Below, one piece after another: positions 7,608 through 16,000 of a stretch of 33,088 nt of DNA. Each line of letters starts with the position of its first letter. Position 1 is the first letter of the stretch. The stretch is from a virus (lineage: Duplodnaviria > Caudoviricetes). The DNA is taken from the IMG/VR virus record IMGVR_UViG_3300027833_000141, positions 1-33,088 of that record; one strand, written 5' to 3'. Below the pieces are notes generated by a model. The model did no database searches and was not told the DNA's origin. It worked only from the letters and a program-made list of their open reading frames with translations. Both the position numbers and the translations under genes were made by a program.

Positions 7608-8828
7608 TTATTTTATTACTACTATAGTACCATCAAAGTTGTTAATGAAGGTAATATTTATTGAGTTTGCTCCTGTTGATGTTATTGAGGATGGTATCTC
7701 TTGTGATAGTGATATCTGTTCGTATGCTTGTACTATAGGGAAGTTTTCGTTTAAGTTATGTGTAATAGTATAACTTGTTGTACCTGTTACTGCTTCTCTA
7801 TATGAGTTATTAGTACTACCACCACCACCTAAAACGTATGATGCTGTTAGAGCATATGATGATGTTTGAGAGTAGGATGAACTTACTTCATATGTAATTT
7901 CATGTGAGGATGATATAGCATAAGAAGCTGTTAGAGCGTATGATGATGATATAGAGGTTGTTGAACTAGCAACACCCTTACCATCTGTTACTATTACATA
8001 ACCACTTACGTTTGCTGCAAAGGTTATTTGAGCATTGTTAACATTAGTCAGCGTAACACTTTGTGGTATTACTAGTTGTGGTAATGACCCTCCTGTTGTT
8101 TCATAAACTGCTACTATAACATCTTCTGATCCTATATTATGATTTACAGTTATACTATTAACATTAGTAAAGTTTTCTCTATAAGCATCAGCCATCTTAA
8201 CATACGATGCTGTTGTAGCAAAAGAAGCTGATTCAATAAAACCATCTAAGTATGATGCTGTTACGGCATGTGAGGATGTTGTGGCATATGAAGCTGATTC
8301 AATAAATCCTTCTAAATATGAAGATGTTAATGAATACGATGATGTTAAGGCAAATGAAGCGGATTCAATAAAACCATCTATATATGAAGCTGTTACAGCA
8401 TGTGAAGATGTTGTAGCGTATGAAGCTGATTCAATAAATCCTTCTAAATATGAAGCTGTTAATGCGTATGATGAGGTTACTGAATTACCACTACCGTTTA
8501 GAGCATATGATGCTGTAAGGGCATATGATGATGAAACAATATTAGTTAATTGACTTCCATCTCCTTGAAATGAACCACTAAATGATCCTGAATTACTTGA
8601 AGATGATCCTGAAACTGGGTATATTTTGTCCCAGTTAGAGTTATTGGTGGGGTCAGATGCATTTGTTAAAACATATATTTCATTTGTATCTTGTTGGTAA
8701 ACAAGTAAACCTTCATATACGTTTGCTGCTGAAAATAATAAACGTGCTGTTTGGTCAGCTACGCTTATTCTTGAATCAACTGCTTCGTTGTTTGTTATCT
8801 GAAACCCTCCAGGTAATATAATTGCCAT
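7608..8828 (-). CDS. Repeat-rich virion fibre protein
   Basis: N-terminal AVDSR...YEGLLVY domain, many TASYA(L) repeats, and two copies of a T(V/I)xHN(I/L)...(V/P)IVxxY beta domain. Confidence 0.65.
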   Translation of the reverse strand: MAIILPGGFQITNNEAVDSRISVADQTARLLFSAANVYEGLLVYQQDTNEIYVLTNASDPTNNSNWDKIYPVSGSSSSNSGSFSGSFQGDGSQLTNIVSSSYALTASYALNGSGNSVTSSYALTASYLEGFIESASYATTSSHAVTASYIDGFIESASFALTSSYSLTSSYLEGFIESASYATTSSHAVTASYLDGFIESASFATTASYVKMADAYRENFTNVNSITVNHNIGSEDVIVAVYETTGGSLPQLVIPQSVTLTNVNNAQITFAANVSGYVIVTDGKGVASSTTSISSSYALTASYAISSSHEITYEVSSSYSQTSSYALTASYVLGGGGSTNNSYREAVTGTTSYTITHNLNENFPIVQAYEQISLSQEIPSSITSTGANSINITFINNFDGTIVVIK

Positions 8829-8838
8829 CTGCTATATT

Positions 8839-11800
8839 TTATGTTAAGTTATAGGTTATACTAGCACCACTACCACCAGCTTGTAATACATTTGTTCTAT
8901 ACACTGTATAATCTCCTACTGTTGATTTTGTAAATTGACCTATCACTCCAAATCCACTTGTTGCAATACCAGTTAAATCACTGTTATTACCATCATAAAT
9001 AATGTATTGATATTTATCTCCACTCCAAGTTATAGTTAATGTATCTCCTGAAGGGTTTGTATTTCCTTTATCTATTGTTCCTATAGTTCCTCCTAATGTT
9101 GTGTCCCAAGATCCTAAATCTTCAAGTTCTGTTTGTGTAAATGATGCAGCAGTAGATGCTCCGTATCTTACACTACGTATTTTACTAAATGTTGTAATGG
9201 TAGTTCTATCTGTTGATAATTGAGGACTATTCTCACCTGTTGGTGATTGATATGCTGTTACTGCTTTAATAGTTATACTAGCTGAACCTGCTCCAGTAAA
9301 TGATATTGGACTATTAGGTGGTGTGTTTGTTATTGATACTTGATCCCACCCATTTGAAGCTCCATAGTTAGTAGTAAAAGCTATACTACCTGAAGCACCT
9401 TGTTCAAATTGGTTATTAGTGTCTCCTAATTGAATAGTTACTGTATCTGATATAGATGCTGAATTAGGAAGAATTTTACTTAAATTACTAGTTGAAGTGC
9501 TTGATAGTTTATATTCTGAACCATCTAATGGGCTAGAACCAGTATAGATTAAAGTATATGATTGGGAACCTGCTGTTGATTGAGGGAGAGTTAAATTAGT
9601 ACTACCAGCTGTTGTTGTAGTAGATAAAACTGTACTTCCTTGTAATATAGAAGCTTCTACAAATGTGTATCCACCATTATCCCAATCACCTATAGTATTG
9701 TAAGAATCTAATACTTGATTAAATCGGTCTGTAATAAATCCACTATTAAAGAAGCTTGAAATAGAAGGTATTATTGGTGAACCAAATGTTAGTGTTAATT
9801 TAGAATCTTGAAATGTTACACCTACATTATCATCAAAATCATTAATTTTTATTTCGTTTAAGCCTGTTATCACACCTGAACCTGAGTCATATCTTATTGA
9901 AGATGTTGCTGCATATTCAGCGTATGATGCGGATTCAATAAAACCATCTAAATATGATGCTGTTAAAGCATGGGATGAAGTTGTAGCATATGAAGCGGAT
10001 TCAACGAATCCTTCTAAATATGAAGCTGTTAATGCATACGATGAGGTTACTGAATTACCACTTCCATTTAAAGCATACGATGCTGTTAAGGCGTATGATG
10101 ATGATTCAATAAAACCATCTAAATATGATGCTGTTAAAGCATATGATGATGTTTTTATACTATCGAACCCATAAGGACCATCTACGTTTGAAGATGAAAT
10201 ATATGATGCTGTTGATGCTATTGAAGAAGTTATGTTAGTTAGTTGACTACCATCTCCTACAAATGATCCACTAAACGAACCACTACCAACTACTTCAATT
10301 AAAGTTGAACTTGAGATAATAGTATCTGTAATAGTTGAACTTGAAATGACAGTATCGGTAATTGTTGAACCTGAAATTATGGACCCAGATCCAATAGTAC
10401 CACCATTACTAATATTTTGTGCGGTTACAGCATGTGAGGATGTTAACGCGTAAGATGATGATTCAATAAAACCATCTAAATATGACGCTGTTAAAGCGTA
10501 TGATGCTGTGTTTATGTTGGTTAGTTGACTTCCATCTCCTTGATACGAGCCTGTAAACGAACCACTAATGGATTCTCCAAAAGTACTTCCTGATAAGTAT
10601 ATTGACCCCGGTTGTGATGCTTCTTCTAATTGAGTAAAAGTAAGAATCCCATTAGCATTAGATAATGTAGGAGCACCACTATAATCATATCCAGAAGCAG
10701 GATTTATAAATATTCCAGGAGCTGGTGATGTTACAAGGTTTGTAAGTATAACATCAACTGTACCTACAGTGTCTGTAATTCTTATTCTTTCACCAACAGT
10801 AAATCCTGAAAAATTACCATTAGTATACAAAGCACTACCTGCGAATGATTGGAAATTGTAAGTCGAACTTGGTGGTACTGATAAAGTACCAGTGGTTGTT
10901 ATGGAGGTTGGTAAGAATGTAGTTGATCCTGTTCGAATTGATATAGGTGAATCTACAAATGTAGTAGCATCACTTCTAACTGGTAATACATTATCAGTTG
11001 GGTTAATAGTTACCCCACCCCCACTTCCACCATTCAGAGCGTATGATGCTGTTAAAGCATATGATGCTGTAAGTTGGTTAACTATTGAAGGTGTAACTGT
11101 TATACTACCTGAGTGGATGTCTATTGACCCCGATACGGTTAAATTACCCGCTACTGTTGCAAAATCAGTTTGTACAGATGTTCCAATTAAAGTTATAGCA
11201 CCAAAGGTAGTGTATGTTTCTACTACCGATGTAGTAAATGTTACAAGGTCTGTGGCTGTAGAGGCAACAATCAATGTTTCTGTAGTAGCTCCTTGTATTA
11301 GTGTAACTGAGGTTCCATCAGCAAGTGAAGAAAAATCTACACCCCCACTATTGATAGTAGTACCACCATTCTGAAAAATCCACGTACTACCGTTTAATAC
11401 AATAGGGGGTGGAGTGGATCCTCCTATTACCCCAGTTGATATTAGTGAATCCCCAACTCCGTCTGATGAAGTATCAAACACTGGAATGGTTCCTATTGTT
11501 CCAGACACACCACCACCACCTCCACCATTTAAAGCGTATGATGCTGTTAAAGAGTATGAAGATGATTGAGCGAATGATGAACTTACTTCATGAGTAATTT
11601 CATGTGAAGATGATATAGCATATGATGCTGTTAGAGCGTATGATGCTGTATCTATATTGGTTAGTTGACTACCATCTCCTACAAAGGATCCACTAAAAGA
11701 ACCACTACCAATCACTTCAACTAAAGTTGAACTTGATATAATGGTGTCTGTAATAGTTGAACTTGATATAATGGTATCGGTAACGGTAGAACCTGTAATA

Positions 11801-12129
11801 GTAGTATTGGTAACCGTTGAACTCGATATAATGGTATCTATAACCGTTGAACTTGTAATAATGGTATCAGTAATAGTTGAGTCTATAATTATAGACCCAG
11901 ACCCAATAGTACCACCATTACTAATATTTTGAGCGGTTATAGCATGTGATGAAGTTGCGGCATAAGATGCCGATTCAATTGAACCTACTAAATATGAGGC
12001 TGTGAGAGCATATGATGAAGAGAGGATATTAGTTAATTTACTACCATCTCCTTGGAATGAACCGCTAAATGAACCACTATTATTTCCAGAAGGCCCTACA
12101 TTAGGGAAAAACTGATCAAATGTACTCAT
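8839..12129 (-). CDS. Long repeat-rich tail fibre protein with an internal duplication
   Basis: MSTFDQFFP start, four SGSF(S/T)GSxxGDGSxLTNI units, TASYAL repeats, 10-aa ITDTIISSST repeats, Gly linkers and a C-terminal YQYIIY...YTVYRT domain. Confidence 0.7.
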   Translation of the reverse strand: MSTFDQFFPNVGPSGNNSGSFSGSFQGDGSKLTNILSSSYALTASYLVGSIESASYAATSSHAITAQNISNGGTIGSGSIIIDSTITDTIITSSTVIDTIISSSTVTNTTITGSTVTDTIISSSTITDTIISSSTLVEVIGSGSFSGSFVGDGSQLTNIDTASYALTASYAISSSHEITHEVSSSFAQSSSYSLTASYALNGGGGGGVSGTIGTIPVFDTSSDGVGDSLISTGVIGGSTPPPIVLNGSTWIFQNGGTTINSGGVDFSSLADGTSVTLIQGATTETLIVASTATDLVTFTTSVVETYTTFGAITLIGTSVQTDFATVAGNLTVSGSIDIHSGSITVTPSIVNQLTASYALTASYALNGGSGGGVTINPTDNVLPVRSDATTFVDSPISIRTGSTTFLPTSITTTGTLSVPPSSTYNFQSFAGSALYTNGNFSGFTVGERIRITDTVGTVDVILTNLVTSPAPGIFINPASGYDYSGAPTLSNANGILTFTQLEEASQPGSIYLSGSTFGESISGSFTGSYQGDGSQLTNINTASYALTASYLDGFIESSSYALTSSHAVTAQNISNGGTIGSGSIISGSTITDTVISSSTITDTIISSSTLIEVVGSGSFSGSFVGDGSQLTNITSSIASTASYISSSNVDGPYGFDSIKTSSYALTASYLDGFIESSSYALTASYALNGSGNSVTSSYALTASYLEGFVESASYATTSSHALTASYLDGFIESASYAEYAATSSIRYDSGSGVITGLNEIKINDFDDNVGVTFQDSKLTLTFGSPIIPSISSFFNSGFITDRFNQVLDSYNTIGDWDNGGYTFVEASILQGSTVLSTTTTAGSTNLTLPQSTAGSQSYTLIYTGSSPLDGSEYKLSSTSTSNLSKILPNSASISDTVTIQLGDTNNQFEQGASGSIAFTTNYGASNGWDQVSITNTPPNSPISFTGAGSASITIKAVTAYQSPTGENSPQLSTDRTTITTFSKIRSVRYGASTAASFTQTELEDLGSWDTTLGGTIGTIDKGNTNPSGDTLTITWSGDKYQYIIYDGNNSDLTGIATSGFGVIGQFTKSTVGDYTVYRTNVLQAGGSGASITYNLT
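10304..10393 (-). repeat. 30-bp tandem repeat x3 (ITDTxISSST)
   Basis: gttgaac recurs at 10304, 10334 and 10364. Confidence 0.85.
11726..11905 (-). repeat. 30-bp tandem repeat x6 (ITDTIISSST-like)
   Basis: gttga/gtaga recurs at 11726, 11756, 11786, 11816, 11846 and 11876. Confidence 0.85.
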
Positions 12130-12152
12130 ATTGTTTATTTGTTTTTATTCTA

Positions 12153-12161
12153 TTATAAATA
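12153..12161 (-). promoter_or_regulatory. Class I motif TATTTATAA
   Basis: Upstream of the ATG at 12129. Confidence 0.5.
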
Positions 12162-12227
12162 TTATCCCTCCATCCTATGGTGTAAACATTTTTACTTTTT
12201 GTTTTATTAGTTATATTATAGTGTAAT

Positions 12228-12257
12228 AATATAAGAATTCTATTTATAGAATCCAAA
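12228..12257 (-). promoter_or_regulatory. Class II promoter-like motif TTTGG-N19-TATATT
   Basis: Same spacing as the other copies; the spacer contains the inverted repeat ATTCTAT-AA-ATAGAAT. Confidence 0.5.
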
Positions 12258-12262
12258 TTATT

Positions 12263-13093
12263 TTATGGTATAGGAGCAGCGTTTTTGTAGGGGTGGGTAT
12301 TAGGTAAATTTCCCTGTAGCCCCCATTTCCAAGCTAAATACCCTTCGTCTTTATCTGAATATTCATGCCAGTCTGTTGAATTTGGACCTGATGAATCTTT
12401 GTATAACATCAACTCCCCAAATCTACCTTTTTGTTTATAATTTTTACCTCTACTGGTCATTATCCGTAACTTTTGAGTGGATGTGAGGGTATTTAAATAA
12501 CTAGTTGATTGGCTAAAATATACAGATCCATTTATCTTTATATCAATGCTTTGTAAATTTGTTTTATTAAATAGAATAGTTACTATTATCCATTGATTTT
12601 CTCTATTAACATTAAAGGAACCTAAAGTTCCATTTGATGCAACACCACTTCCTAAATCTATTTCACCTCTCCATTGATTTGACATTCGGGCAGAAATGGC
12701 ATAATCACGAGTGCTATCCATACTCCATATAGAATCTTTAGCATTACCTACATCTTGGGGATAAAATAACCCAACAGCATAATGATTACCTATTGGGCTT
12801 ACCAATACATCTGAAGAATTATTTTGTAAAGCATTAAATCCATTAAAATATAGGGTATCTAAGTTATTTTGTTGGGGACCTAATTGAATAGCACTTACTA
12901 TAGCACTTAAATCATCACCATATATATCTTGAGATTCAAGTCCGACAATTGTTCCTCCTGAAATTATGTGACTAGACATATCACTTGCATCATACCATCC
13001 TGCTAATGATGGATTATTAGATGGTAACCATGTCGCTGGTGCACTTGATGTAGGTGGCCCTCCCCAATATGCCTGTGGTGTAAATAAAGCCAT
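12263..13093 (-). CDS. Lectin-like (LamG/concanavalin-type) receptor-binding protein
   Basis: LAGWYDASD, LYFNG, GRFGELMLY and EGYLAWKWGL...LP..HPYK form a pattern typical of phage LamG-like tip proteins; lies directly after the 1574-aa fibre gene. Confidence 0.7.
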   Translation of the reverse strand: MALFTPQAYWGGPPTSSAPATWLPSNNPSLAGWYDASDMSSHIISGGTIVGLESQDIYGDDLSAIVSAIQLGPQQNNLDTLYFNGFNALQNNSSDVLVSPIGNHYAVGLFYPQDVGNAKDSIWSMDSTRDYAISARMSNQWRGEIDLGSGVASNGTLGSFNVNRENQWIIVTILFNKTNLQSIDIKINGSVYFSQSTSYLNTLTSTQKLRIMTSRGKNYKQKGRFGELMLYKDSSGPNSTDWHEYSDKDEGYLAWKWGLQGNLPNTHPYKNAAPIP

Positions 13094-13094
13094 A

Positions 13095-16000
13095 TTAAGA
13101 GAAGTTCTTTAATCCGGTTACATACCAATTAGTACCATCATATGTTATTAATGAAAATACATCTATATCTCCTAAACCAGTTGAAACAGTACTATCAAAA
13201 CCATCTGAGAATTTGAAATTACTAGTCCAGTTTATAGTAGATGCTGATGTTGAATTTTGGGTTATTTTTAAGTTAATAGTTTGACCAGGATTTCCATTTG
13301 TAGTGATGAATCTAACACCTGTTTGATTACTAGGTAGTGTCACTTCAAAGAAGTTACCCTCTGAACAATTTAAGTTATAGTAGAAAAATCCTGCGTTTGT
13401 TAAAAATGGTGTTAGTACTTTAGTGAATAACCCTCCATCTATTTCTACATTACCATCTACACTTAAACTACCTGTTATGCTTACATTATTACCAAATGAT
13501 GTATTATTACCGTTTGATACTGATACTCCTAAGCTCTCTAACTGAATAGAAGAAGATATAATACCCGAAGGTGTATTATTTACTTCACTATACTGGATAT
13601 TGGAATTTTCCCAAACACCCGCATTGTATTTTAAATATTCTCCAGTTACTGGTCCTGTAATATCAACATCAGTTATATCACCTAAGTTACTAATAGTAGA
13701 AGTTCCACCACCAGATGAGCCAGCTGTATTTCTGAATAAACCAGCGTTAATAATGTTGGCACTGGATTCGTCTGATAAATCTGTTGTGTTTGCTTTAACT
13801 ACTAAGTAACCTATAAATGTTAGAGATTTAGAAGTAGTAAGTGATTCAGTAAACGCTTCTGTAGTTAGATTTTGTAGAGCAGTTGCTACACTATCGTAAG
13901 TATCCTGACCATAATACACATAGAATCTTTCACTAGTGGGGCCTATAAATACTCTTTGTATTGTAGTTGTTGACCCACTAATATTAACTAATGTACCTGA
14001 TCCATCATCATATTTGGTTGGATCAACTGTATCATAAAAATTACCTGCATTAATATCACCAATAAACTCACTACCTGATTGGTATACTCTTACTACTTTA
14101 CCAGTTGAGTTTAGAGCTGGGGTATCATATACACTTGGATTATTAGGGTCTTTTGAATAAAATCCTCCTAACTTATATGTAATACCTGAAGAAGCATTGA
14201 ATTCTAATGTTGAGGTAGTTGGTGATAAATCGTATCCTTGTTGTTTTAGAGGACCAAATGCTCTAATAAATTGGTTTGCTTGAGCTGGGCCTGCATATGT
14301 TGTTTGTTTTTCTTCACCAAAGGCATCAATATAGGCATTAGTTAAATGACCTAAAGTACCTAATGGAATTTTTTCTAAATATTGTTGAGTAGTAAAATCT
14401 TCTACTTGTTGTTGTAGATCTCCATTTTCATCTATATAAAGGTGAGAGTATTGTGAAGAAGTTAAGAAAGTAGCACTAGAAGTAATTGGACCCCATTTAA
14501 CCTGTGTAGGTGATACTGCATTAGCTGAACCTGTTTCTGCATTATAGTTTACTACTAAACCACCTCCAGGTGAAACATAGAGGTTAGTACCTGAGAAGGT
14601 TACTACCCCACCAAAAATAAGACCTGATCCTACTCCATATTCTAACCATTCTTGATCCCATAGTACTCCTTTATTTCTATAATAGAAATCGCATTCATCT
14701 TCTCCAAAGTTAGAAGCAGAGGTAAATAAATAAGTGGCGTTTAAATTGCTAATTCCTGGGTCTGAAGAGGGTGCTATTACTACTGAACCAGTTATATATT
14801 GGCTTGATTTGAAATCATTTGAACCTGTTGTTGCAAAGGTTGCGGTATCTTTACCATCAAATAAAACTGAATCTAAAGATACAGAAGCAGTACCCTGAAG
14901 TGATCCTGTAATCCCTCCTATAACATTTAAATTACTATTAATATTTACTGGGGCTGTAAATAATGAAGTGTTAGATGCGGTTATAGGGGTTGATATTTGT
15001 AAATTTTCTCCAAAAATAGCAGTTGAACCACTAAAATTATTAAATCCTTGAAGGAATGTATTCCCTACTACACTAAACCCTTGAGGGTCTATTACAGTAA
15101 GAGAACCAGACATTATAGAAGAACCAGTAAATGAAGTATCCCCTACAAATGAAGTTGAACCTGAAAATTCTGTAGACCCGTTTGCTGATGCTGAAACAAA
15201 TCCTAAATCAGTTAATTGTGCTGAAGATGAAATACTACCTGTTGGTAAGTATTCTGATAAAGAGGATGATGTAACGAATCCTAATTCTTCAATCTGTGCT
15301 GATGAAGAAATACTTCCAGTTGGTAGATATTCTGCTAAAGAGGATGATGTAACGAATCCTAATTCTTCAATCTGTGCTGATGAAGAAATACTTCCAGTTG
15401 GTAGATATTCTGATAAAGAGGATGTTGTAATAAATCCTAAATCAGTTAATTGTGCTGATGAAGAAATACTTCCAGTTGGTAGGTATTCTGCTAAAGAGGA
15501 TGATGTAACGAATCCTAATTCTTCAATCTGTGCTGAAGATGAAATACTACCTGTTGGTAAGTATTCTGATAAAGAGGATGTTGTAATAAATCCTAATCCT
15601 TCAATTTGAGCTGAAGATGAAATACTTCCAGTTGGTAGATATTCTGCTAAAGAGGATGATGTAACGAATCCTAATCCTTCAATTTGAGCTGAAGATGAAA
15701 TACTCCCAGTTGGAAGGTATTCATCTAGTGAAGATGTTGTAATAAATGATCCTGTATCTATTGTTTGGGATGAAGTAATAAATCCTAGAGCTGATATTTG
15801 AGCTGAAGATGAAATACTACCTGTTGGTAAAATTGTATCACCTGCTATAGGTGTTATAATACCCCCTGATATTTCTGTGTTTACGACATCACCAATAATT
15901 GTCATATCGTCTCCACTACCACTTACTACTGATATAGATCCAGTACCTATAAAAATATTACCAATACGAACACCACCATCTTCTCCATTTAAGTCAGCTA

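Noticed and set aside
15196-15830. Regularly spaced repeats as a possible CRISPR array
   Set aside because: The whole 78-bp unit repeats with no unique spacers, in frame within a coding sequence.
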